DNA from: Octopus vulgaris | Lineage: Eukaryota | Reading direction: 5' to 3' | NCBI GenBank assembly: GCA_951406725.2 | Contig: OX597824.1 | Coordinates: 22,506,001 to 22,570,000 of the forward strand | Length of the DNA stretch: 64,000 nt | The notes under the pieces: model-generated | The model's input: only the letters and a program-made list of their open reading frames with translations | What the model was told of the DNA's origin: nothing | Database searches by the model: none | Made by a program: the position numbers and the translations under genes | Shown here: piece after piece, positions 26,843-39,619 of the stretch | Position numbering within the stretch: position 1 is the stretch's first letter | Layout of the letters: each line of letters opens with the position of its first letter

Positions 26843-28960
26843 TCATCATCATCATTTAACATCCGTTTTCCATGCTGGCATGGGTTGGACGGTTTAACTG
26901 GGGTCTGGGAAGCCAGGAAGCCGCATCAGGCTCCAATCTGATCTGGCAGAGTTTCTACAGCTGGATGCCCTTCCAAATGCCAACCACTCTGAGAGTGTGT
27001 GGGTGCTTTTTACGTGCCACTGGCTCAGAAGCCAGACAGGGCAAAGGGGCTGGCATGGACCACATTCGGATGGTGCTTTTTACGTGCCACCGGCACAGGA
27101 GCCAGTCAGGCAGTGATGGCATCAGTCACATTCAGGCAGCTCTTTTTACGTGCCACTGGTACAGGAGCCAGCTGGGGCAAGGGAGCTGGCATTGACCACA
27201 TTCGGATGGTGCTTTTTACGTGCCACTGGCTCAGAAGCCAGACAGGGCAAAGGGGCTGGCATGGACCACATTCGGATGGTGCTTTTTACGTGCCACCGGC
27301 ACAGGAGCCAGTCAGGCAGTGATGGCATCAGTCACATTCAGGCAGCTCTTTTTACGTGCCACTGGTACAGGAGCCAGCTGGGGCAAGGGAGCTGGCATCG
27401 ACCACATTCGGATGGTGCATTTTACATGCCACCGGCATGGGAAGCCAATCAGGTACCACCGGCAATGACCAACGCATGAATGGTGCTTATTGTGTGCCAC
27501 CAGCATAGGAGCCAGTCAAACGGCAACAGCATCAACCACAACTACAATTTCCATTTGATTGTGGTTTGATTTAATTTTGATTTTGATTTGGATGTACTTG
27601 ACTCAACAGGTCTCCTCAAGCATCGACAATCCAAAGGTACTTTTCTAAGTGAGCTGCTTATGCAACACTGGTGTAGGCTACAGCTGTGATCTCACTTTAC
27701 TTGCCGGGTCTTCTCAGTCACAGCATATCTCCGGAAGTCTCGATCTTTCGTCATTGCCTCTGTGAGGTTCGAAGGTCATGCTTCACCACCTCATCCCATG
27801 TCTTCCTGGGTCTCCCTCTACCACAGGTTTCTTCCACTGTCTGGGCATGACACTTCTTCACACAGCTCTCTACATCCATCCATTGTACATAACCATACCA
27901 GCACAGTTGTCTCTCTCTTGTACACCACATCTGATGCTTCTTATGTCCAGCATTTCTCTCAAGGTGCTTAAACTCTGTCGTGTGTGCAGACTGACATTAC
28001 ACATCCAGCAGATCATGCTAGCTTCATTTATTTCGAGCCTACACATGTCTTTAGCAGTCACGGCCCATGTTTCACTGCTGTGAAGATGGCAGTTCAGACA
28101 CATACATTGTACAATCTACCTTTCGCTCTGAACAAGAGGCCCTTTGTCACCAGTAATGGTAGGAGCTGCCTGAACTTTGTCCAGGCTATTCTTATTTTAG
28201 TGGTAACACTCTCTGAGCATCCACCCCCACCACAGACTTGGTCACCTAGGTAGCGGAAGCTATCAACTATTTCTAGTTTCTTCCCCTAGCATGTGATGGA
28301 ATCTGTCTTCTGAGCATCTGTGGTGTTTATTGCCCCTGTGCATCTGTCGCATATGAAAGCTACCTTCCTGGTTAACCTTCCTTTGATGTTGCTGCACCTC
28401 TTATGCATCCATAGTTTACATTGGGTACATCTTATGGAATTTCTACCTACACCTTTTCTACAGATCGAGCAGGGCCATCTGCCTGAAAGGGTTTGTTATG
28501 TGTTCGCCTTCCTCCTTACTAGGACTCTGGTTTTTGCAACATTGGCTCTAAGGCTCTTCGATTCTAAACCTTGCTTTCACACCTGAAATTTCTTCTCTAG
28601 TTCTGGTAGTGATTCTGCTATGAGAGCCAGGTCATCAGCATAGAGGAGCTCCTAGGGGCAGCCTGTTTTGAATTCCTCTGTTATTGCCTGGGGGACTATG
28701 ATGAATAAGAGGGGTCTGAGGGCTGATCCTTGGTGGACCCCTACTTCTACCTGGAACTGGATTCTTCACTATACTCATTGCCAACCCTAACCTTGCTAAC
28801 AGCATCTCTGTAGAGGGCCTGTACAGCCATTATTAACCATTCGTTAATCCCTAGTTTCTGCATCACCCACCAGATAAGGGATTGAGGTACCCTATCAAGG
28901 GCTTTCTCCAAGTCCCCAAAAGCCAAGTATAGGAGTTTATCTTTGGCTAGTTATTTCTCC
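26843..28960 (-). mobile_element. 5'-truncated RTE-clade LINE (RT, PHD finger, repeat-rich 3' UTR, (GAT)n tail)
   Basis: DLEKALDRVP, VGVHQGSAL.PLLF, LLYADD (28631-28648), FRYLG and SETW motifs, with stops and frameshifts. Confidence 0.9.
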
Positions 28961-28961
28961 T

Positions 28962-29398
28962 TCAGTTGCCGTACCAGAAATATAGCGTCACCTTACTGGC
29001 ACTTGTGCACGTGCTAGTAGGGTGCCAAGAGCACCATCCGAGTGTAATCATTGCCAGAGCAGCCAACTGGCTTCCGTGCCAGTGGCACGTAAAAGGGCAC
29101 CATTCGAGCTTGATCATTACAAAAGTCGCCTTACTGGCACCTGTGCTGGTGGCATGTATAAAAGGATTCAATGCGAGGTCGTTGCCAGTACCGTCTGACT
29201 GGCCCCTGTTCCTGTGGCACATAAAAAGCACCCACTACACACACGGAGTTGTTAGCATTAGGAAGGGCATCCAGCTGTAGAAACTCTGCCAAATCAAGAT
29301 TGGAGCCTGGTGCAGCCATCTGGTTCGCCAGCCCTCAGTCAAAATCGTCCAACCTATGCTAGCATGGAAAGCAGACACTGAACAATGATGATGATGAT
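28962..29398 (+). mobile_element. Family D element fused head-to-head to the truncated RTE
   Basis: Same subfamily as 16020-16338. Tail points outward. Confidence 0.82.
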
Positions 29399-29864
29399 AT
29401 GCATGTATATATATATGTATGTATATATGTATATACAAATATATATATATATATATACATATATATATGTATATACATATATATATGTATATATATATAT
29501 ATGTATCTATGTATATATACGTATCTATGTATATATACGTATGTATGTATATATATATATGTATCTATGTATATATACGTATGTATGTATATATATATAT
29601 ATATATATAATTAATCAATATAGGGTGGCAAAAAAAATTTTGTAGAATTCTTTTGCCACCAGCGGCCTAGTAGGAAAAAATTAAAATAGTCATAGACCAT
29701 TTTTAAGTTCAACATCAACAATAAAGGAACGGCCATAATAGGCCACTCACCCACTAGAAATAACAGCCAAAGCTTCAACCGCAAATAAAAGTTAATTCAG
29801 TAAACCAGGAGAAAATTTAAAAACATTTACCCTGTAAATATATATATATATATTTATATATACT

Positions 29865-30200
29865 GAGACCCCCTTCAGTCATGACTGACCATGGGATTGC
29901 ACCTAGAAAGCTACCCTCCCAGGCACAAGTCTGGGCAAGGTTGTTTATGGAAGACCAGCAGTCGCCCATACATACCAGCCTCCCGCTCCATGGCACCAGT
30001 GTTATCCAAGGGAAAGGCAAAGGGGCCGATACAGCTTGGCACCAGTGACGTCACAACTCATTTCTACTGCTCAGTGAACTGGAGTAATGTGAAATAAAGT
30101 GTCTTGCTCATGAACACAACATGCAGCCCAGTCCGGGATTCGAACTCACAACCTCATGATCGTAAGCTCAATGCTCTAACCACTGAACCATGTGTTTTCA
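29865..30200 (-). mobile_element. SINE family C
   Basis: Same as 8495 and 45910. Confidence 0.8.
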
Positions 30201-30365
30201 CTTATATATATATATACACATATATATATACAAGGGCATCAAGCTGGCAGAATCGTTACCAAGCAGGGCGAAATGCTTAATGGTTTTCCGTCTGTCATTA
30301 TGTTCTGAGTTCAAATATCATTGAGGTTGACTTTGCCTTTCATCCATTTGAGGTCAATTAAATAC

Positions 30366-30820
30366 CACCCCCCTAAAGTCCAACCCCTCCTCATCGTGGT
30401 AAGGGGGTGAAACGGGAGTGTCAGAGCTATGCCATCGGAGACTTCAGTTTCTGGTAGGGCCACCCAAGGTGGATTGTTCTGACACCAAGCGGAATCAGGG
30501 CCGCACCCGGCTAACGGGGCTCTGGTGAACAGAAGCGTCTGATCCGGCAACCGCCGGCTTCAACCCATCCTGTCCCTGCGTTTGTGGAAAATCTACAGCA
30601 AACAAGATGTTCTCCCAACAGGGATATACTTGTGGCTGGGGACTTCCTAGCGAACTTCCTAGCGAACAAGGGCATCTTCCTATTCCCAAGATCCCGCAAA
30701 CATTCTTCATGTACATCTCACCTTCTTCAATGACAAACCCTACTATGGCGTCCACGGGAGCCGACGCGCTCGCTGCCCCAGTGAGGCGAGTGTTAAATCA
30801 GCAAACTGGGATGCTAATGG
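30366..30820 (+). mobile_element. GC-rich fragment resembling the 5' UTR of an RTE-like LINE
   Basis: GAGCTATGCC...CTGGTAGGGCCACCCAAGG motif recalled from RTE 5' ends. It interrupts a SINE B relic. Confidence 0.45.
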
Positions 30821-30822
30821 AT

Positions 30823-31371
30823 GGAAGCACTCCGTCAGTTACGACGATGAGGATTCCGGTTGATCCGAATCAACAGAACAGCCTGCTTGTGAAATTAACG
30901 TGTAAGTGGCTGAGCACTCCACAGACACGTGCACCCTTAACGTAGTTCTTGGGGATATTCAGCGTGACACAGAGAGTGACAAGGCCGGCCCCTTGAAATA
31001 CAGGTACAACAGAAACAGGAAATAAGAGTGAGAGAAAGTTGTGGTGGCCCAGTAGTTAGGGCAGCGGACTCGCGGTCATAGGATCGCGGTTTCAATTCCC
31101 AGACCGGGCGTTGTGAGTGTATATTGATGATCCCTGCTGTACTTTTTCACCACAACTTTCTCTCACTCTTACTTCCTGTTTCTGTTGTACCTGTATTTCA
31201 AGGGGCCGGCCTTGTCACTCTCTGTGTCACACTGAATATCCCCGAGAACTACGTTAAGGCTACACGTGTCTGTGGAGTGCTCAGCCACTTACACGTTAAT
31301 TTCACGAGCAGGCTGTTCCGTTGATTCGGATCAACCGGAACCCTCGTCGTCGTAACCGACGGAGTGCTTCC
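30823..31371. mobile_element. Head-to-head SINE pair forming an about 225-bp inverted repeat
   Basis: 30823-31046 is the reverse complement of 31148-31371, with a tRNA head in the spacer. Confidence 0.88.
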
Positions 31372-31599
31372 ACACAATCATATCTACATTATTTGCATCA
31401 CTTTTGGAATTGCTTAACTCTCTTGCATGCCGTCTTTTCACTCATGTATTATTAGACCCAACTCTGTTTGGAAATCAGTGTTCACTCAAAGTCAGTGAAC
31501 AGCAATGACAAAACCAGTGTCTTTCTATATTGACTCATTATAATGATTTTCATACTTTATTCTTTACTCTGCCTCAAATCATTTATATGTTTTGATGTG

Positions 31600-31644
<45 letters not shown>

Positions 31645-31706
31645 AAATGTATGTATGTATGTATGTATATGTATGTATATATATGTATGTATGTATATGT
31701 ATGCAT

Positions 31707-31750
<44 letters not shown>

Positions 31751-31765
31751 CTATGTATATATATG

Positions 31766-31813
<48 letters not shown>

Positions 31814-31815
31814 CA

Positions 31816-32038
31816 GAGGCGGTGAGCTGACAGAGATGTTAGCACGCCGGGCGAAATGCGTAGCCGTATTTCGTCTGCCGCTACGTTGTGAGTTCAAATT
31901 CCGCCGAAGTCGACTTTACCTTTCATCCTTTCGGGGTCGATTAAATAAGTACCAGTTACGCACTGGGGTCGATATAATCGACTTAATCCGTTTGTTTGTC
32001 CTCTCTGTGTTTAGCCCCTTGTGGGTAGTAAAGAAATA
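31816..32038 (+). mobile_element. SINE family B
   Basis: Matches 19257. Confidence 0.88.
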
Positions 32039-32944
32039 TATATATATACAGAGAGAGAGAGAGAGAGAAAACTTACTTGGAAAAGGATGCGTGACGTTCG
32101 ATCATATAATAATATAAAATAATATATAAATATATACATATATACAGGGAGCTTGCTTCCTAGCTATATGGTTTCGGGTTCAGTCCCACTGCGTGGCACT
32201 TTGGGTAGGTGTCTTTCACTATAGCCCCGAGCTGACCGGAGCTTTGTGATTGAATTCGGTAGGTGGAAGTTACTGCCGTGTGTGTATATGTGCGTGTAGG
32301 TGCTTGTGCCTCTCCCAAAGAGAGAGAGAGGGATATACATACATATATGTACATACCTACATATATATGTATATATACAGGCACATGTGTGTACAGGACA
32401 TCAAAAAAAAAAATGTTGAACACAATGAGAAAAGAAAACATAGAAACAAAAATATAGAAACAAACTTTTATTTCGAACAATGAAAAAAACAGAGAAACGA
32501 GACACACAACATAAAGAATATTCCCCTTCTTCAGTTGTCCCTGTTTCACCTACTCCGTGTTTTTGTATATATATTATGTTGATGAATGAAATTAATTTTT
32601 ATAATTCTAATCCAGAAACACAAACCATAATTAATCGAAGACTGTTTGATTTTATTATTTTTTTTTTCTTTTTGCCTTATGTGAGTTACAAGTATAGTTC
32701 TCTGTGGAGTCATATTTGTAATGAAAAGAATTAGCGGCCTTTTAGCTGCTATTTCTAAATTTTCGCTATGTGCTGAAGCAACTTGTTGCTAAACCCTTAA
32801 TTATATATGTGTGTGTGTGTATCTATTTGGAGCAATAAGTATACAATTTGTTTAAGAAATAATAATGTAATCTATATGATTATTGATTGATAAATATGGA
32901 TTTCTAACTTTTTTTTATTTGTTAATGATAATTTAGATATACTC

Positions 32945-33345
32945 TCTTTTTATTCTTTTACTTGTTTCAGTCATTTGACTGCGGCCATGCTGGAGCACCG
33001 CCTTTAATCGAGCAACTCGACCCCGGGACTTATTCTTTTGTAAGCCCAGTACTTATTCAATCGGTCTCTTTTGCCGAACCGCTAAGTAACGGGGACATAA
33101 ACACACCAGCATCGGTTGTCAAGCAATGCTAGGGGGACACACACAAATACACATACGCATATATATATATACATATATACGACGGGCTTCTTTCAGTTTC
33201 CATCTACCAAATCCACTCACAAGGCTTTGGTCGGCCCGAGGCTATAGTAGAAGACACTTGCCCAAGGTGCCACGCAGTGGGACTGAACCCAGAACCATGT
33301 GGTTGGTAAACAAGCTACTTACCACACAGCCACTCCTGTGCCTAT
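32945..33345 (-). mobile_element. SINE family A, full length
   Basis: Matches 19977. Confidence 0.9.
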
Positions 33346-34065
33346 ATATGTACATTTATTTAATTATTCTTATTTTATAATTATTATATGTGAAAAATAT
33401 TAGTTTGGTCACTTTGTGAATTAGATTGTTAAAATCTTTTAATATAGTTAAAGTTTTTTATTTAGTACTATTGAATTTAATAATAATAATAATAATAATA
33501 AGTACTTTTTTCACAAATAGTTTTATAAACGATAAGTAATATGTTTTTAGTTTTGGAATTTTTTTATTTTTTATTTCATAATTATTTTCAGAATGATAGG
33601 TATAATACTTATTTGAGAAATAATGGAGTAATATATTTATTTATTTATATGTTTATTGATTGAAAAAATATGGATTTCTAATTGCTATATTTGTTAATTA
33701 TAATTTTATAATTATTATATATGAACTAAAATCTAAAAGTATTAAGTGCGATTGTTTTGTAAAATAGCTTGTAACATAAAATATTAGAGTATAGCTAGTG
33801 AAAAGATATTCTATAGTTTGTTAATGTTATTATTAAAGTTAAATTATATCCTCACAGATAAATACATTTTTCTATCTATTTACTCTATTTTTTTACCTTA
33901 GGTTTTTAACTTGATAAATGTATTATAGCCACCTGGTCCTACTGTTTAAGTTTCAAATTTAATTAATGGAGTTTCTTCTATAAGAACAATCATGATTTTA
34001 TTTCATTAATAAATATTGTTTAATTCTATTTGATTATTTATTTAACTACTATTGTTATTATTGTT

Positions 34066-34167
34066 GACCTGAGGAGTGATTATACTTTTAAATTGAATTA
34101 TTTTTTGATGAAATTTAAATTTAACTCTAATTCAGATTGAAATTATAGCCATGAAACGTACATAGTC
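34066..34167 (+). ncRNA. Type I minimal hammerhead ribozyme relic (Penelope type)
   Basis: GAC-CTGAGGA-GTGATTATA[loop]TATAGCCAT-GAAA-C-GTAC-A-TA-GTC. One stem II mismatch and a G>A change in stem III. Confidence 0.6.
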
Positions 34168-34325
34168 TTTTTACTTATTTTATATTGTTTATTCATTTTT
34201 GTACTTTTTGTAATCTAGTTATATGTTTTAAAATATATTTTATTTTTTCTTTATGATTTGGTTTATGTCTATCATTGTTTGAATAGTGGCTTTTCTCAAA
34301 TTGTGAGCGAGAGTGTTCGTAAGTA

Positions 34326-34490
34326 CGAGTTAAAAGAGGAAAGATGCTGAATTCTCAGAGTAAAATTTGTTTCCTTGTTATGTGTTGTTGTTGTTGTTGT
34401 AGTGGTTCTCAAACTGTTTCTCTTTGTTTTTGCTCACGGCACAATTTTGAGCAAACAAAAATATGTTGGCGCACTCTTTGGGCATTGGTT
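34326..34490 (+). repeat. About 170-190 bp segment repeated directly at 60281-60469, including a hAT-like end TAGTGGTTCTCAAAC
   Basis: GAGTTAAAAGAGGAAAGATGCTGAATTCTCAGAGTAAAATTTG... identical in both places. Confidence 0.88.
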
Positions 34491-34574
34491 ATCAACCTGT
34501 GCTCCACTGGTTGATAAGCATTAAGCGGACAAACACAGAACCCCCCACATACTTCCAGTTTTAATACTGTTATT

Positions 34575-35720
34575 GCTGATAAGGCCAGTAATCTAGCAGA
34601 ATTGTTACCGTGCCGGGGAAAATGCTTAGCAGTATTCCATACGTCTTCCGGTCCTGAGTTCAAATTCCGTCAAGGTCAACTTTCCCTTTCATCCTTTCGA
34701 GATCGATAAATTAAGTACCACTTGGATTGATGAAATTGACTAGCTCCCTCATACCAAATTTCAGGTCCTGTGCCTTTAGTAGAAAGGGTTATTGTTGTTG
34801 TTGTTGTTCATGTTCTTGTTAAGGGGGCATGTAGGCAGAATCGTTAACACTCCAAGCAAAATATTTGGTGGGTTTTGTCCGTCTTTATGTTTTGAGTTCA
34901 GATTCCGCTGAGGATGCCATCGCCTTTTGTGCTTTTGGGTTTGATAAAATAAGTAGAAATCAAAGCACCCCGATTGATATAATAGACTAACTCCGTTCCC
35001 AACCCACTGAATAGTGCTGGCCTTGTACCAAAATTGGAAACATTATTTAAGGTGGTGAGCTGGCAGAAACGTTAGCAAACTGGGCGAAATGCTTTGCGGT
35101 ATTTCGTCTGCCGTTATGTTCTGAGTTCAAATTCCGCTGAGGTTGACTTTGCCTTTCATTCTTTCAGAGTCAATAAATTAAGTACCAGTTATGCACTGGG
35201 GTCGATGTAATCGACTTTATCCATTTGTCTGTCCTTGTTTGTCCCCTCTATGTTTAGCCCCTTGTGGGTTGTAAAGAAATAGGTATTTCGTCTGCCATTA
35301 CGTTCTGAGTTCAAATTCCACCGAGGTCAACTTTGCCTTTCATCCTTTCGGAGTCGATAATTTAAGTACCAGTTGCGTACTGGGATCGATTTAATCGCCT
35401 GACCCCCTCCATAGAAAATTTTTTTGAGGTTTGCACAGCAACAAGGGAAGTAATGCAATATATCCTTTTAAGTATATTGAAGTTCTGTCCCTTGAACCTC
35501 AGAACTTCTTTGGTATTGTCCTTGTTTGGCCCCTCTATGTTTAGCCCCTTAACAGCATTTTACTTGCATTTTCTTTATGAATTCAATATCTGCCGAGGTC
35601 GACTTTGCCTTTCGTCTTGACGGAATCAATAAAATATGTATCACTTGAACACTGGGGTTGATGTAATCAACTTACCCACTTCCCCGAAATTGCTGGCACT
35701 GTGCCGAAAATAGAAACCAA
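34575..35720 (+). repeat. Cluster of tandem SINE family B units
   Basis: About five same-strand copies of the B core. Confidence 0.78.
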
Positions 35721-35995
35721 TCGTTTATATTTTAGGAAAACACAGACTTAAAAAAAAAGAAAAAATTTTCATTTTCGCTTTTGACAAGGTAAACACTTTT
35801 ACTTCCATCGAGCAACGGAGAGTAAGGCGGAGATTTTTTTTCTTTTTATATTTCTGCAGATTTTTGTATCAAAACTTTTAGTCTCATTTCATAATTTCAC
35901 AATTCAGGAAAATTTCCTGAATATAATACAAAAGATTTTTTTTTAACAAAGAAGAAAGTGAAGGAGTTTTACCAATGGAAAATAAGTTTTATTTA

Positions 35996-36047
<52 letters not shown>

Positions 36048-36157
36048 TTATTGTATACTGTGCTCAGGTGCTCCACAACTTGTCAAAAGTGCGTATAAAG
36101 CATATGCAGTAATGTACAAATATCTGGAAAGCGAACAGTGTATGAGTCAGATACATG

Positions 36158-37477
36158 TGTAGGGTTATACGACCGTACGTAAGGAGGGTGGTGACAAATG
36201 TCTCCTTTTATACGCCGCACGGTCGCATCCGAACAATAATATGAGAAGCCAGATACATGACATATGAATACAGTGCCAAAAGATAATAAAGAAGGACGAT
36301 CAACAAGCCGTTCCAATGTTTGAGAGAAGAAGACATTATTTACGAGGTGTTAAAGTGAAAGAGTTGTGGGTGCTAGCAAGATGGTTCGTGTGTGTGTGTG
36401 CGTGCATGCGACAAGTGCGACAGAAGGTACAAATAATAGTGTATGCTCAAAAAACAGAAATATAGAGCACTAGCAGTATCGCCCGGCGTTGCTCGGGTTT
36501 GTAAGGGAAATAACAATATAAGTATTTTTAGAGAGTTACTTCCCTTATATAACCCGAGCAAAAATCATTAAAAAAGCGGAAAAATGATGGTAAATTTTTT
36601 TAAAATCGTAGACTCATCGTAAGACGCACGCTAATACCCAGAATGGCTCGATATGAATGACGACTATAAGATACCCATTTTTGGTTAAACTGCACTGTAA
36701 AATGTGAAAGTAGTTAGGAATCTAAATCGGAGGAGATAGAGTCTTACACACACAACTTCAATTTTATATATAAAGATAAGATGAATGTCTCAGCATTAAG
36801 AGTTAAGATGGAATTTGTTTACCAGTTCGTAAGGTACGCGATAGCAAGAGATCTATAACAAGATGTTGTGTCTCGAGGCGAAGGCTGGTTGGGCACATGT
36901 GCAGCGGTTGGGGCCTCAACGCTGAGCTGAGTCTCTAGATATAGTATTTCTTTAGATGGACTGACTGTTATCCTTGGTGAAAGGTTCACTCTAACAGCGA
37001 GAGTCAAACTTGGTCGGTGTTGGTGATGTGTACATGCTGTTGACGGTGATAATGGCGACGATGATGAAGACGACGTTGGTGATGACGGCGTCGGAGATAG
37101 ATAACGTTCTGTCTGTCGCTGGTATATAATAGCGTCGTAGTAGCTGGCTGTCATCTGTTGCTGGAACTGGAACATAGCTGAGTGGCTCTGTGGTCAGTGA
37201 CCAGACCTTAGAAGGTCTATAGTCGAAAGACAAAGAATAGTGGAAGCTGGCCCTTTCATAGAGAAGAAAGGGCTCAAAGAAGCAGGCCTTATCCGAAGGC
37301 CGTAATTTGCTGGCTTTACACAGAGGCGCGAAATAAGTAGAGAGAGAAACCACGCCACATGCAAACCAATCAGATCAGTGGACACAACAGGGACTACCCA
37401 GAAAAAGATGTCTGTAATCTCAAACGAGATCATTCCTGTTGTGTCTCTCAAACAGTGAGGATATCAGATACGCTACA
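36158..37477. mobile_element. Probable solo LTR containing a Helitron
   Basis: TGTAGGGT...ACGCTACA inverted termini, flanks CATG/AATG (4-bp TSD with one mismatch), CpG-rich, cleanly interrupts the LINE. Confidence 0.62.
36470..36776 (-). mobile_element. Non-autonomous Helitron-like element, family of 9443
   Basis: TC...CTAG on the - strand, A/T target. Confidence 0.82.
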
Positions 37478-38482
37478 AATGCTTGCGTGTGTATGGAGGG
37501 GAGAAAATCAGGTGTAGTGTTGGCGAATCTCAGGAAGCATGGAAGTTTTGAAGGATGGAGTGCTCCGACAACTAACAACTGATGCCAACACTTTGTTCAA
37601 TGCTTCAGCAACTCTTAGTGTGCTTTGAACCAACGGGAAAATGGATGTAATATTACTGTTCTTTTTAAATACCATTTACTTGTTTCAGTCATTGGACTGT
37701 GGCCATGCTGGGGCACCACCTTGGAGAGTTTTAGTCGAACAAATAAACCCCAGTATGTTTTTTTTTTAAAGTCTAATTCTTGATTTTTGTTTTGTTTCCT
37801 GCTGAATTGCTACGCTACAGGGACGTAGACAAACCGACACTGGTTGCTAAGCGTTAGGAGGACAAACACTAGTCCAAAGATACGCAGACAGACAGACCCC
37901 CCTCAGCCACACACACACATTTCCAGTTTTAATATCGTTGTTGTTCAGAGTTTGATTTCGTTTTCTCTTAATTCTTCCTGTTAATATTGTCTACGTCACA
38001 ACCAATTTCTAGTGTCTAAGTAAATTAATTATAAAATTGTACAGTTTTTTTCACTGCATTTGGTGAAAAAGCATAAATATAAAAATTACAACAGAAAAAA
38101 AAGAGACTTTATAGCTTTAAGGAGAGGCATGCCATTTTTAATGTATTGTCCGAGCTAAAACAAAAAAACAATATGATTCCAAACAAGTAAAATACATGTT
38201 TTCTAAATATCCATTATAATGTTTCCGGTACTGTATAGATATATATGAAGAGAGAGAGAAAGGCAATTATGCAGATAAGCAAATTAAATATAACATCTTG
38301 GGTTTGATATACGATGTGTGTGTGTGTGTGTGCGTGTGTGTGCGTGCGTGTATCTGCTCACCTGGATTCCTCGTATAGCCACTATCTACTCCGCGGAATT
38401 GGTCCCTCGAATCATTTGAAAACTACTAACTGTTTACTGTACTGAGAATCTTTGGATCTCATCAATTGATTATTTATAGATA

Positions 38483-38586
<104 letters not shown>

Positions 38587-38837
38587 TATTGTAGTGTGAT
38601 GGATGAAGAGGACAACAGGAGAAAGAAATACAAAAAGGCCTTACCTCGGCGAAGATCAGAGGTCTCTTACGAATTCGACACGTCCTGTCGCTTCCTCGTT
38701 TATGTTCAAACTGCCCGCTTCGTCGATGAGCACACGTGCGTCCCTGCTTGACCGCACATCCCATAGCACCGACTGCCAACACCACACATATATATAGAGA
38801 GAGCGAAAGGTAGATAGACAGATATACATATGCTATT

Positions 38838-39068
38838 CGGCGAGCTGGCAGAAACGTTAGCACGCCGGGCGAAATGCGTAGCCGTATTTCGTCTGCCGTT
38901 ACGTTTTGAGTTCAAATTCCGCCGAGGTCGACTTTGCCTTTCATCCTTTCGGGGGTCGATTAAATAAGTACCAGTTACGCACTGGAGTCGATATAATCGA
39001 CTTAATCCGTTTGTCTGTCCTTGTTTGTCCTCTCTGTGTTTAGTCCCTTGTGGGTAGTAAGAAATAGG
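38838..39068 (+). mobile_element. SINE family B
   Basis: Matches 19257. Confidence 0.88.
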
Positions 39069-39619
39069 TATACATATACTATTCGTTTCTACACAGTTTC
39101 CATCTGTCACAAGACATTGTTTGGTCCAGGTCTATAGAAAAAGACACTTGTACATTGAGCTGCGCTTTGTGACTGAACCCGAAACCACATGGTTGCAAAA
39201 ACCGCTTCTTAACGATTCATCTAAATCCTCCTTGTATATCCAAAATTTTTGTCAGCTTTACGTTCATATTTGGCTGCAATTTCTGTCAATTCGAACGACA
39301 ACTTATAGGTACATTCATTAAAAAGTGTACTTTAATCTGTAAAACTACTTCAAGAGTTATTTCCCTTGTTATGGACCACCAATTCAAAATAGAAATTCAA
39401 GGGAGATAATCGAAGGTTGAAATATACCTGTTATCTACCATGAAATGAAGATCGAGCATTTTGACATATTGGATAGAGTACGGCCATTCTGGAGCATTCC
39501 TTTGAAAGGAATTTCGACGCTTATATCGTCATAATACATATGTATGATGCGTATTATATCGGAGACTATTTGCAGAGTTTACAAGTTGCAAAACAAATGA
39601 ATCCATTTGTATATAGACA

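Larger units (their letters stand above)
36048..37625 (-). mobile_element. CR1-type LINE 3' end with (TAA)n flank, split by an LTR-like insertion
   Basis: LRVAEALNKVLASVVSCRSTPSFKTSML on - at about 37535-37620. The 3' UTR continues at 36048-36157. Confidence 0.65.

Noticed and set aside
27002-27505. CRISPR-like repeat-spacer appearance
   Set aside because: Eukaryotic LINE 3' UTR; spacers are related or duplicated, and there are no cas genes.
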